Shown: in pieces, positions 28,258 to 37,349 of the stretch
Layout: each line of letters starts with the position of its first letter
Numbering within the stretch: position 1 is the stretch's first letter
From: Bacteroidia bacterium
GTDB lineage: Bacteria; Bacteroidota; Bacteroidia; Cytophagales; Cyclobacteriaceae
Assembly: GCA_031419815.1 (NCBI GenBank)
Contig: JANOLM010000310.1
Location: 1-42,379 of the forward strand
Reading direction: 5' to 3'
DNA: 42,379 nt
Made by a program: the position numbers and the translations under genes
Notes under the pieces: model-generated
What the model saw: only the letters and a program-made list of their open reading frames with translations
What the model was told of the DNA's origin: nothing
Databases searched by the model: none

Positions 28258-28473
28258 AACTATTCCAATTTCCCTATAAGACGAAAAATCGGGTTACTTT
28301 AGTTCATCAATCATTTGATTTTTTAAGGGAAAGGAGTCTAAAGCTATCCTGAGTTCTTCTACTCAGTTATCACACCCTTTTATTTTTACTGCCATAGGTT
28401 ATTAAGGCGCTTGTCCAGCGCAATCGATAAAGGAACTATAATTCCTAGAAATTTTTAATTTTTATTAAGAAAT

Positions 28474-28517
28474 GGGTAATAACTTACCCTCAATACTAAA
28501 ATATTCTATTATTTTTG
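28474..28517 (+). promoter_or_regulatory. glnA promoter: palindrome GGGTAA-N4-TTACCC plus -7 element TATTTTTG
   Basis: Perfect 6-bp IR at 28474-28489; TAnnTTTG match at 28510-28517; ATG 28547. Confidence 0.5.
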
Positions 28518-28546
28518 GCCCCATCACCACTAAAAACAACCACTCT

Positions 28547-30709
28547 ATGGCCCAATTACGATTTGAAGCTCTTAAAAAATTAAATGAACGCCCCAAAATC
28601 CATGTAGAAGCTACCTCCGCCAATATTTCTAAAATTTTTGGTGAGAATGTATTTGGTATGGAAGATATGCGGGCCACATTAGCTCCTGCTGTTTTCAAGA
28701 AGGTAAGCAATGCCATTAAGAATCACGAAAAGATAGATGAAACCACGGCTGATGCGGTGGCATCAGCGGCCAAGTCATGGGCGATTGCAAAAGGAGCAAC
28801 TCATTTAACCCACTGGTTCCAACCGATGACGGGCGGAACAGCCGAAAAGCACGACTCTTTTTTTGATGCCCTTTCGGGAATTGAAAAATTTAAAGGAAGT
28901 GAATTGGTGCAGCAGGAACCTGATGCATCTTCTTTCCCTAGCGGGGGAATCAGAAGTACATTTGAAGCGCGCGGCTACACGGCTTGGGATCCAACCTCTC
29001 CAATGTTTTTGTATGGAAAGACGTTGAGTATTCCAACAGTATTTGTTTCATATACAGGCGAAACGCTTGATACTAAATCACCTCTTCTAAAAGCGCTTAA
29101 AGCTGTAGACCTGGCTGCAACTAAAGTTTGTCAGCTATTTGATAAAGACATTCAGCACGTTGTGGCTTCCCTTGGCGCGGAACAAGAGTATTTTGTTGTT
29201 GACAAGGCGTTGTTCAATGCACGTCCTGACCTTGTTATGGCCGGGCGTTCTGTATTTGGTCATGCACCTGCACGTGGACAGCAAATGGAAGACCATTATT
29301 TTGGAACTATCCCGTCTCGTGTTTACGATTTCATGCGCGATTTTGAAATTGAAAGCTGGAAATTGGGTATACCGGTTCGAACACGTCACAACGAAGTTGC
29401 ACCAAGCCAATTTGAAGTCGCACCTTTATTTGAAGAGGTGAATGTAGCGAACGATCACAATCAATTGATGATGGATGTGATGAATCGTGTTGGCGAGAAA
29501 CATGACCTGAAAATTCTTTTTCATGAAAAACCCTTTGCCGGGTTAAATGGAAGTGGGAAGCATAATAACTGGTCCCTTATTACGGATACCGGTGTGAATC
29601 TTTATGCACCCACCGGTTCTGCACGCGACAACTTACTCTTTTTGATTTTCTTTATCACCACGATAAAAGCTGTGCATGAACATGGAGATTTATTAAGAGC
29701 GAGCATTGCAACAGCCGCCAATGATTTCCGATTAGGAGCTAATGAAGCACCTCCTGCAATTATGTCAGTATTTATTGGCTCCCAAATGACTGCCGTGTTG
29801 GATGAGTTAGAGAAGAAGGGCAATGTAAAGATTGAGAAAGGTGATAACATGTACATGAAGTTGGGCATAGATCAAATCCCGGAAATTATCCTGGATGCAA
29901 CTGACCGAAACCGTACGTCACCTTTTGCTTTTACTGGAAACAAGTTTGAGTTTCGTGCTGTTGGTGGTAGCGATAATTGTGGCACACCAATGACAACATT
30001 AAACTTAATCGTGGCCGACCAATTGGATAAATTCCACGAGGCCGTAAATAAGGATATAGAAAAAGGTACAGAAAAACGCATCGCCATTGTAAATGTATTG
30101 CGCAAGTACATCAAGGAATCAAAGGATGTACGCTTTGAAGGCGATGGTTATTCAGAAGAATGGGTTAAAGAGGCGGCCAAACGTGGTTTAGGCAATGTTA
30201 AAAATATGCCCCGCGCTGTTGACGCTTATCTATCAAAAAAATCTCTGGAGCTTTTTGAAAGACACGGTGTGTTAAGCCATAAGGAAGTAGAAGCACGCAA
30301 TGAGATTAAATTGGAAAGTTATACCAAGAAAGTGCAGATTGAGGCACGCGTGATTGGCGACCTGGCTATGAACCACATTATACCTACAGCCATTGCTTAT
30401 CAGAATAAATTGATAACCAACGCAAACGGATTGAAAGGTCTTGGAGTAGATAATAAAGCGGTCATCGATACGATTAAGGAAATCTCTGAGCATATCGAAG
30501 TGATTAAAACCGGTGTGCGCCAAATGGTGGAAGAACGCAAACGCATCAACAAGATCAATGACACGCACAAGCGAGCGTACGCGTATTGTGATGATATTAA
30601 AGAAAAATACTTTGATAAAATCAGGGATTCTGTTGACAAGCTTGAATTACTTGTGGACGATGAAGATTGGCCATTGGTAAAATACAGAGAATTGCTCTTC
30701 TTACGATAG
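28547..30709 (+). CDS. glnA: Glutamine synthetase type III
   Basis: GATHLTHWFQP, AEKHDSF, EPDASSFPSGGIRSTFEARGYTAWDP, TRHNEVAP.QFE, EKPFAGLNGSGKHNNWS, RLGANEAPP, DRNRTSPFAFTGNKFEFRA, WPLVKYRELLF. Start MAQLRF at 28547. Confidence 0.97.
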   Translation: MAQLRFEALKKLNERPKIHVEATSANISKIFGENVFGMEDMRATLAPAVFKKVSNAIKNHEKIDETTADAVASAAKSWAIAKGATHLTHWFQPMTGGTAEKHDSFFDALSGIEKFKGSELVQQEPDASSFPSGGIRSTFEARGYTAWDPTSPMFLYGKTLSIPTVFVSYTGETLDTKSPLLKALKAVDLAATKVCQLFDKDIQHVVASLGAEQEYFVVDKALFNARPDLVMAGRSVFGHAPARGQQMEDHYFGTIPSRVYDFMRDFEIESWKLGIPVRTRHNEVAPSQFEVAPLFEEVNVANDHNQLMMDVMNRVGEKHDLKILFHEKPFAGLNGSGKHNNWSLITDTGVNLYAPTGSARDNLLFLIFFITTIKAVHEHGDLLRASIATAANDFRLGANEAPPAIMSVFIGSQMTAVLDELEKKGNVKIEKGDNMYMKLGIDQIPEIILDATDRNRTSPFAFTGNKFEFRAVGGSDNCGTPMTTLNLIVADQLDKFHEAVNKDIEKGTEKRIAIVNVLRKYIKESKDVRFEGDGYSEEWVKEAAKRGLGNVKNMPRAVDAYLSKKSLELFERHGVLSHKEVEARNEIKLESYTKKVQIEARVIGDLAMNHIIPTAIAYQNKLITNANGLKGLGVDNKAVIDTIKEISEHIEVIKTGVRQMVEERKRINKINDTHKRAYAYCDDIKEKYFDKIRDSVDKLELLVDDEDWPLVKYRELLFLR

Positions 30710-30728
30710 TTTCAGGCATCCTGTAAAT

Positions 30729-30762
30729 AAAACCGGTTGTAAATTTTGCAACCGGTTTTTTT
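30729..30762 (+). terminator. Intrinsic terminator after glnA
   Basis: AAAACCGGTTG-N9-CAACCGGTTTT followed by TTT. Confidence 0.9.
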
Positions 30763-30791
30763 ATGCCTTCTGCTAGACAGTAATTTATTTT

Positions 30792-30880
30792 AGGGCATCT
30801 CTAAAAACTTGGCCTTTGACCACCTCATCTCAATCCTTCTACAAAAGGAGAAGGTCAAAAGGAGTTTTTGGAGATGCCCT
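30792..30880. mobile_element. 89-bp MITE/REP-like element with 18-bp terminal inverted repeats (copy 2, compact)
   Basis: AGGGCATCTCTAAAAACT ... AGTTTTTGGAGATGCCCT (17/18). Inner IRs CTTTGACC/GGTCAAAAG and CCTTCT/AGAAGG. Homologous to 3522-3774. Confidence 0.75.
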
Positions 30881-30917
30881 TTATATGTTTGAGGTTAAGA
30901 ATATGACAAATAATCTT

Positions 30918-31418
30918 TCAATCAGCTACTCTACCTTTCTGTTTTCCACTTTTTGGCTTTTCTTTTTTTGAAGTTGCCCGTTCTTCTTTCGACTTCTCTC
31001 TACTTACTCCAACTTTCTTAATTCTCTTCACTAAGTCCCAATATTCCTTTCCATACCTCACAAAAATTTCTTCTCCTTTCCGGATGTTTTTTGTTGCTGT
31101 AATGAAGCAACGACTGCCTACCGTTACGTATTCGGAGTTATTGCGAAGGCCTTCGATCCGAACAATACCATTAGCATCATTCGCATATCGGCCTATCAGT
31201 TTGAGGGTGCCTTGAGCATTGATAACAGCGTTGGGATTGATGTACAAGAGATAACCATTATGGCCATCTTCATGCTTAATATCTTTCCAACGGTGTAAAA
31301 AACCCCTGTACTCAACAATGCGTGTGCCTTTTTGAATATCAATTTTAGTAAACAGTCCTTTTCCGGCACCTGGTAGTTGTGATTTCTTTACGTGCAATTG
31401 CCTTTCCAAAAAAGCCAT
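30918..31418 (-). CDS. SET domain protein (putative protein-lysine methyltransferase)
   Basis: VKKSQLPGAGKGLFT...I.EY.G, RYAND, ATKNIRKGEEIFVRYG..YW. Start MAFLERQL at 31418; Lys/Glu-rich low-complexity tail. Confidence 0.88.
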   Translation of the reverse strand: MAFLERQLHVKKSQLPGAGKGLFTKIDIQKGTRIVEYRGFLHRWKDIKHEDGHNGYLLYINPNAVINAQGTLKLIGRYANDANGIVRIEGLRNNSEYVTVGSRCFITATKNIRKGEEIFVRYGKEYWDLVKRIKKVGVSREKSKEERATSKKEKPKSGKQKGRVAD

Positions 31419-31456
31419 GAAGCGGTAGCGATTGAAAATGCTGCTTATGGTTAATC

Positions 31457-31921
31457 TCATTTGAAGTGATACAGGAAAACCAGAAGTGCTGAATAGGCAG
31501 GTTTAGGGTTGTCTTTGATTTCGAGTGTTACAGCCACTTCAAACTTTGTGATGCCGCGAAGGTTTACAATGGAATGTAATCTTGCGTGCATCCTTACTTC
31601 ACTATTGACCATTACAGGTTGATTGAATTTTAATTTTTCAATCCCGTAGTTGATCATCATTTTTACATTTTTGAACTCAGTAATCTGATCCCATAAATGA
31701 GGGACTAGCGAAAGTGTTAAGTAGCCGTGAGCTATAGTGCTTTTAAAAGTAGTTTCAGATTCAGCCCGTTTTGGATCAGTGTGGATCCATTGGTGGTCTG
31801 ACGTTGCATTGGCAAAGAGATTGATCTGTTCTTGCGTGATTTTAATATAATCGGAGACTCCGAGTTCTTTGCCTCTGTAAGATTCGAACTCCTCAAAACT
31901 ACTAATGACAACTGGATTCAT
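31457..31921 (-). CDS. MaoC family dehydratase
   Basis: FANATSDHQWIHTDP.RA...TIAHGYLTLSL and INYGIEKLKF hot-dog-fold motifs. Confidence 0.92.
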   Translation of the reverse strand: MNPVVISSFEEFESYRGKELGVSDYIKITQEQINLFANATSDHQWIHTDPKRAESETTFKSTIAHGYLTLSLVPHLWDQITEFKNVKMMINYGIEKLKFNQPVMVNSEVRMHARLHSIVNLRGITKFEVAVTLEIKDNPKPAYSALLVFLYHFK

Positions 31922-32010
31922 ATAGAATTAGGTTCAATGGAGATCAAATTTAAAAATTATACTGGAATTTGGATTTTTAATTTAGGTCAAAGGGGCATCT
32001 GTTGGTGTGG

Positions 32011-33336
32011 TTATGCAGGATAGTGAACAGTTTGAATTATTTCCTGTGACAGAGGAACAGAATTCCATTCATCATGAATAGCGATGGCAGCCCCAAGCGC
32101 TGATGCTTGGTGCAAAGATGCAGCAAGGATTTTTTTTTCGGGAAAGGCTTGAGCCATGAGGGTCATATAGATTTCATTCTGACTAAATCCGCCATCTACA
32201 AAAATTTTATGTATGGAAGAGTTTTGGATAATTAAATCTGTGGAGAGCTTTTGCTTCTTCACAAGGTTTAGGATGAGGTGGTGATACGCTTCTTCGAAGG
32301 AAGAAAACGGAGTCAAGTCTTCCTGGCGAAGATCGATTTCATTTTGCCTGACCTTTTGAATCGTATGTGTATCGTAGGCAACTTTTTTGTAATAATCCTC
32401 CGATTTATTAAAGTGGTTAGCGATTCGCTTGACACCATCATCATGTTCCTGCCCCGCAAATAGCCTTGAGGCTTTTACAGGTTTGCCTTGATAGCTTAAG
32501 TAGCACAGACAATCTTTTTCTAACTCTTCTGAGGTGAGAGTAGAATGATTAAATGGGTTCAGGCTGATACTCCAGGTGCCTGTTGAAATTAAAACAAAAG
32601 GCTCTGTAAAATATTTCAGATACGGAATAAGTGCGGCTGAACTATCATGAAGTCCAATGCCAGAAAGAATTCCGTACCCATTGAAATTTATTTTGACCGC
32701 TTTATTTGATGGAGAAATCGGAGCAAGCTTTTTAATAATTCCTTCCTGGCTCACCCACGGGTGATAATCATTTTTTGAAAAATCCCATAAGTTGGTGTGA
32801 CAGCCCAGACTTGTGATTCCAGAAACAAACTTATTCGTTATAATAGAACTAATGTATTCAGGTAAGTGCAAAGCGTATTTCACCTTTTTAAATGTATCAG
32901 GTCTTTCCGTTTTTAGCCAATAAAGCTGCATGCCTGAATTAAGGTGACCAAGGATAGGGGAGGCTGTCGCAAGGGGAAATTCTTTTCCTCCATAAGTATT
33001 ATAAAATTTTGTCTTGAGATATTCAGGAAAGGGCTTCATATAATTGTAGAGTGGAGTAATGGGCTTTCCATTTTCATCTACGTTAACAAAGCTTGCTCCG
33101 TGCGCGGAGAAATTTAGTGCCTTTATTTCAAAATGAATCAGTGCCAATAATTCTGCCATAGAATTCTTTACCCAATTCGTTAGCGCCTGCACATCCTCGC
33201 ATGGAAATCCGTCCTCGTCTTTTATTTCTGGAAGCTGAATAGATTTTTCGAATTGTATAGCATATGCTTCATCAAATAGAAAAACCTTTTTATTGGTTTT
33301 GCCGATGTCGAATATAGCAATGACTGGGATGGGCAT
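32011..33336 (-). CDS. rhaB: FGGY-family carbohydrate kinase, probable rhamnulokinase
   Basis: FDIGKTNKK, GLHDSSAAL, ISTGTW and VDGGF motifs; last sugar gene of the rhamnose operon. Confidence 0.8.
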   Translation of the reverse strand: MPIPVIAIFDIGKTNKKVFLFDEAYAIQFEKSIQLPEIKDEDGFPCEDVQALTNWVKNSMAELLALIHFEIKALNFSAHGASFVNVDENGKPITPLYNYMKPFPEYLKTKFYNTYGGKEFPLATASPILGHLNSGMQLYWLKTERPDTFKKVKYALHLPEYISSIITNKFVSGITSLGCHTNLWDFSKNDYHPWVSQEGIIKKLAPISPSNKAVKINFNGYGILSGIGLHDSSAALIPYLKYFTEPFVLISTGTWSISLNPFNHSTLTSEELEKDCLCYLSYQGKPVKASRLFAGQEHDDGVKRIANHFNKSEDYYKKVAYDTHTIQKVRQNEIDLRQEDLTPFSSFEEAYHHLILNLVKKQKLSTDLIIQNSSIHKIFVDGGFSQNEIYMTLMAQAFPEKKILAASLHQASALGAAIAIHDEWNSVPLSQEIIQTVHYPA

Positions 33337-33387
33337 TTATTTAATGATAATCGATAAAATAGTATTCGATGATAGGTTTCCGGTTAC

Positions 33388-34662
33388 TCATAGTCCAGTT
33401 GCAACTGTTTTCACCCCTCGCTCGGCAATAAGCTGTTTTCGTATATCCGAATCTCGAAATAATTGTAGTGGGCTCAAGGCGCCTCCGGCACGAAGTCTGG
33501 CTTCGGCTACCAGCGGCCGCACATCAGTGCGATAGGCATGCTGTAGAATTTCCTGCGTACGTGCAACGTCATTGACTTCCTGCGCCCTGGTCAATTGTTT
33601 GCGATCCACCAGCAATGCCTGTGCGTAAGCAATCTTAATTGCCTCTACCGATTGGAGTAAATCTTCGAGTGGATCTTTTACATTGTGCGAGGCGTCAATC
33701 ATCCAACCCAGTTCGGTGGCATGATTCATCTTACGTGCGTCCATTCCTTCCACCAACTCATTGAAAATCAAAAATAATTGATAGGGATTAATACTGCCTA
33801 CGGTGAGATCGTCATCACCATATTTTGAATCATTGAAGTGAAAGCCACCTAGTTTTTTTTCCATTAATAATAGAGAGACAATCTGTTCGATGTTGGCATT
33901 GGGTAAATGATGCCCAAGGTCAACTAAGGTGTAGGCTTTGGGGCCAAGTTTGCTTGCATATAAATAGGATTGACCCCAGTCGCCAACCGTCATGGAATAG
34001 AAATTAGGTTCAAAGGCTTTATACTCCACATACATTTTCCAATTAGAAGGAAGGGCTGAATAAATCTCTTGAAGGCTTTCCAATGTTCTCTGAAAAGCTT
34101 TTCGGAAATTCAATTGACCAGGAAAACAGGAACCATCGGAAAGCCAAACGGTGAGTGCTTTTGAACCAAGTGCTTTGCCGTACTTAATGACTTCTATGTT
34201 GTGTTCAATTGCTTGTTTGCGCACTGCTGTTTGCACATGTTGAAGCGAACCAAATTTGTAGCTGTGTTTTTGATCACGCTGATCCTGAAAGGTATTCGAG
34301 TTGACGGCATCAAAGGTCAGGCCGTGTTCTATTGCCAGGGTTTTAATTTTCCGCACACTGGTTGGAATATCCCACGGAATGTGAAGAGAGATAGCGCCAC
34401 TGGATTTATTAAGTGCATGAAGCAAGCCCACATCTAGAATTTTTTCTTCCAGCGTGCGGGGCTCACCGCCTCCTGAAAACCTACCGAAGCGAGTGCCACC
34501 TGTGCCCAATGCCCAACTTGGTATCGCAATTTGAAAGTCAATAAGTTTTTTAACGGCTTTACTTGCGCTTGGAGTGGTGGAAGACAACTGGTTTACTTTC
34601 CTTTTATGAGACGAAAGAAGTTTGTCATTGTGTTTCTGGATGAGTTCCTTGGTAGCTATCAT
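33388..34662 (-). CDS. rhaI: L-rhamnose isomerase (RhaI / xylose-isomerase-like type)
   Basis: IPSWALGTGGTRFGRF, LHIPWD, NSNTFQD, EYKAFEPNFY, VDLGHH and FNDSKYGDDDL. Start MIATKEL at 34662. Confidence 0.9.
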   Translation of the reverse strand: MIATKELIQKHNDKLLSSHKRKVNQLSSTTPSASKAVKKLIDFQIAIPSWALGTGGTRFGRFSGGGEPRTLEEKILDVGLLHALNKSSGAISLHIPWDIPTSVRKIKTLAIEHGLTFDAVNSNTFQDQRDQKHSYKFGSLQHVQTAVRKQAIEHNIEVIKYGKALGSKALTVWLSDGSCFPGQLNFRKAFQRTLESLQEIYSALPSNWKMYVEYKAFEPNFYSMTVGDWGQSYLYASKLGPKAYTLVDLGHHLPNANIEQIVSLLLMEKKLGGFHFNDSKYGDDDLTVGSINPYQLFLIFNELVEGMDARKMNHATELGWMIDASHNVKDPLEDLLQSVEAIKIAYAQALLVDRKQLTRAQEVNDVARTQEILQHAYRTDVRPLVAEARLRAGGALSPLQLFRDSDIRKQLIAERGVKTVATGL

Positions 34663-34675
34663 ATTCTTTCTATTA

Positions 34676-34740
34676 GCCACAGAGACACAAAGGGTGTACG
34701 AAGTTTCACTGCCTTCTTTGTGCCTTGGTGACTTTGTGGC
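34676..34740. repeat. Octamer-periodic inverted repeat in the rhaM-rhaI spacer
   Basis: GCCACAGAG ACACAAAG ... CTTTGTGC CTTGGTGA CTTTGTGG C. Confidence 0.7.
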
Positions 34741-34748
34741 CAAATTAA

Positions 34749-35060
34749 TTACTCTAAATAAAAGACTTCTTTCAACGGAATACTCACAGGTGAATGATCT
34801 GGATTAGTTTCCATAATATCCTGCATATAGCTCCACCATTTTTTTATCACAGGGTGGCCAGGAAGCTTATCGAGTCCTTCGGGCTTTTCAATCTTTAATG
34901 ATCCAAACAAGACATTGGTTTCTTCATCCAGGAAAATGGAATAGTCCTCAACACCTGTTTGTTTTAAAAGCTCTTTCAATTCAGGCCACAACAAATCGTG
35001 CCTGCGTTTGTATTCTTCCGCCTGGCCAGGATTCAATTTCATTTTAAAGGCTACTCTCAT
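34749..35060 (-). CDS. rhaM: L-rhamnose mutarotase
   Basis: EEYKRRHD.LWPEL...G..DYSIFLDE...WW.YM.DIMETNPD.SPV..PL.EVFYL. Confidence 0.96.
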   Translation of the reverse strand: MRVAFKMKLNPGQAEEYKRRHDLLWPELKELLKQTGVEDYSIFLDEETNVLFGSLKIEKPEGLDKLPGHPVIKKWWSYMQDIMETNPDHSPVSIPLKEVFYLE

Positions 35061-35063
35061 ACT

Positions 35064-35151
35064 CCGTTATAAGTTAATAGTTAAACGTTAATGGGCTATA
35101 AACAAATCAACGATGTATCACGATTAACTTTTAACCATTTTCTATTAACTA
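35064..35151. repeat. Heptamer-periodic inverted repeat in the rhaEW-rhaM spacer
   Basis: GTTA at 35066/73/80/87 (period 7); right arm TTAACTT TTAACCA TTTTCTA TTAACTA. Confidence 0.7.
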
Positions 35152-37272
35152 TCTCACAAAAGCCATAGCCACTCCTCCATCTACATTCAAAACATTTCCT
35201 GTAGATTTATTTAATTGTCCGCCTACAAAAGCAAAGCACGCATTGGCAATGTCTTCCGGCAAAATGACTTCATTTAACAAGGTACGTTTTGCATAGAAGG
35301 CTGGCAACTCTTCCACTTTCACTCCATACGCTTTAGCGCGCCCTTCCGCCCAAGCCCCTTCCCATATTTTACTGTCCGATATCACGGCATCGGGGTTCAC
35401 AGCGTTTACGCGTATTTTGTCGGCACCTAACTCTGCCGCATTCAATCTACTTAAATGTAATTGCGCAGCTTTCGCTGATCCATACGCTGCATTGTTAGGT
35501 CCTGAGACCAACGCATTTTTGCTGACAATATTCAAAACATCTCCACCCAAAGCTTGTTTGCGCATGATCGCAACACCCGCTTGCGTAACGAGAAATTGTC
35601 CTTTCACTAAAATATCATAAAGTAGGTCCCAATCTTTTTCGGTATGGTCTTCCAGTGGTTTGGAAATTGAAATGCCGGCACAGTTGACAATGATATCTAC
35701 TCCACCGAACGCGAGGCAAGCGGCATCAAAAGCCTTGTTAATCTGATGGGCATTCAAGACATCGAGGACTGTTGAGGAAAATGAATCCTTGCCGTATTTT
35801 TTTTTGAAATCTTCACTGGCAGCAGCCAATCGTTTGTCATCATTGTCATTGATGATTACACAGGCTCCTTCTTCTATAAATTTTTTTGCGATGGCCTTTC
35901 CTATTCCTCCAGCACTTCCGGTGATCAAAGCAATTTTTCCGGACAATGGTTTTGGTTTCGGCATCCGTTGTAACTTAGCTTCTTCCAATAACCAATATTC
36001 AATATTAAAGGCTTCTTGCCTGGGCAGCGAGGTATATTCTGAAATAGCTTCTGCGCCTTTCATTACATTGATGGCATTTATATAGAACTCTGCCGCCACA
36101 CGCGCAGTTTGTTTGTCTTTGGCAAATGTGAACATTCCGATGCCAGGATAAAGTATGACGACAGGATTAGGATCGCGTAATGCCGGACTGTTCGGATGCT
36201 TACACTTTTCATAATAGTCTGCGTACATCTTTCGATAGGCTTCAAACTGAGGACGAAGTTTTTCTTTCAAGACTTTTAGGTCTGTGATTTCTTCTTCAGG
36301 CTTGAGATTTAGTACCAGCGGACTAATCTTTGTTCTTAAAAAGTGATCGGGGCAACTCGTTCCCATAGGAGCAAGCCTATCCAAGTCATTTGAATTAATG
36401 AAATCAAATACGCGGTCATCATCTGTGAAGTGACCGATCATGCGCGTGTGACTGGAACAAAATCCACGAAGCACAGGAGCAAGTGATGCAGCTTTTTGCT
36501 TGCGATCATTTTCAGCTAATGATTTTAATTTAGCTCCTCCAAATACAGGGCTCTTCTTCCCATAATTCGATTCTAAATATTCTGCACATTTTTCAATTAC
36601 CTCCAGGGTATTGATATAACTTTCATATGCGGTGTCTCCCCACGTGAATAAACCGTGAGAACCCAGCATAATGCCGCGGATGCCTGGATTTTCATCTAAA
36701 CATTTTTTTAAGGTCAACCCTAATTCAAAACCGGGGCGTGCCCATTCTACCCAACCAATCTTTCCATTGAATAATTCTTTTGTAATCTTCCTGCCATCTT
36801 TTGCTGCCGCGATGGCAATGGCTGCATCGGGATGGAGATGGTCAATATGTTTGAAGGGAAGAAATCCGTGAAGCGGTGTATCTATAGAGGGAGCTTTTGA
36901 AGCTAAGTCATAAATGCAATGATTGAAAAGTTCCACCATTTCATCTTCAAATTGTATTCCTCGATAGACGTTGGTAAGACTTCTCAAACGATCAACATAC
37001 AAAGCCGCAAGACCGTTGCGCTTCATTGTTCCAAGATCGCCTCCTGAGCCTTTTATCCACATTACTTCCTTTTCCTTACCGGTCACGGGATCTTTAGCCT
37101 GGACTCGGCAAGAGGTATTGCCCCCGCCATAGTTTGTTAGACGCAAATCTGCGCCTAATAAATTTGAGCGGTAGATTAGTAGCGCTATCTCGTCACCGGC
37201 CAGCTCTGCGGCTTTTTTTTCATCCCAAAGATAGCTTACGTGTTTAAAAGTTGTTGTGTTAACGGTGCTCAT
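35149..37272 (-). CDS. rhaEW: Bifunctional rhamnulose-1-phosphate aldolase / short-chain dehydrogenase
   Basis: Class II aldolase (TNYGGGNTS, KGSGGD, PSIDTPLH, DHLHPD, HGL) fused to SDR (TGSAGGIG, NCAG, YGSAKAA, VDGG). Confidence 0.95.
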   Translation of the reverse strand: MSTVNTTTFKHVSYLWDEKKAAELAGDEIALLIYRSNLLGADLRLTNYGGGNTSCRVQAKDPVTGKEKEVMWIKGSGGDLGTMKRNGLAALYVDRLRSLTNVYRGIQFEDEMVELFNHCIYDLASKAPSIDTPLHGFLPFKHIDHLHPDAAIAIAAAKDGRKITKELFNGKIGWVEWARPGFELGLTLKKCLDENPGIRGIMLGSHGLFTWGDTAYESYINTLEVIEKCAEYLESNYGKKSPVFGGAKLKSLAENDRKQKAASLAPVLRGFCSSHTRMIGHFTDDDRVFDFINSNDLDRLAPMGTSCPDHFLRTKISPLVLNLKPEEEITDLKVLKEKLRPQFEAYRKMYADYYEKCKHPNSPALRDPNPVVILYPGIGMFTFAKDKQTARVAAEFYINAINVMKGAEAISEYTSLPRQEAFNIEYWLLEEAKLQRMPKPKPLSGKIALITGSAGGIGKAIAKKFIEEGACVIINDNDDKRLAAASEDFKKKYGKDSFSSTVLDVLNAHQINKAFDAACLAFGGVDIIVNCAGISISKPLEDHTEKDWDLLYDILVKGQFLVTQAGVAIMRKQALGGDVLNIVSKNALVSGPNNAAYGSAKAAQLHLSRLNAAELGADKIRVNAVNPDAVISDSKIWEGAWAEGRAKAYGVKVEELPAFYAKRTLLNEVILPEDIANACFAFVGGQLNKSTGNVLNVDGGVAMAFVR

Positions 37273-37303
37273 GATTTTCTTAGTTTTTTATATGATGTTC
37301 TTT

Positions 37304-37346
37304 GCTTCTAGCCTCTAGCAGATTAAACTAGCTTGCGGCTAGAAGC
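37304..37346. repeat. CTAG-rich hairpin in the rhaT-rhaEW spacer
   Basis: Perfect 10-bp IR GCTTCTAGCC/GGCTAGAAGC; four CTAG in 43 bp, the first two 7 nt apart. Confidence 0.65.
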
Positions 37347-37349
37347 TTT

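Noticed and set aside
27286-28546. Longer ORF-track starts for GIN (27286) and glnA (28472), likewise rhaT 38477, rhaI 34743, SET 31460, LTA synthase 24988
   Set aside because: The extensions run through promoter elements or repeats and precede the family-typical N-terminus or signal peptide.
33337-33387. Periodic hairpin in the rhaI-rhaB spacer
   Set aside because: Only a weak GATA periodicity and no convincing inverted arm.
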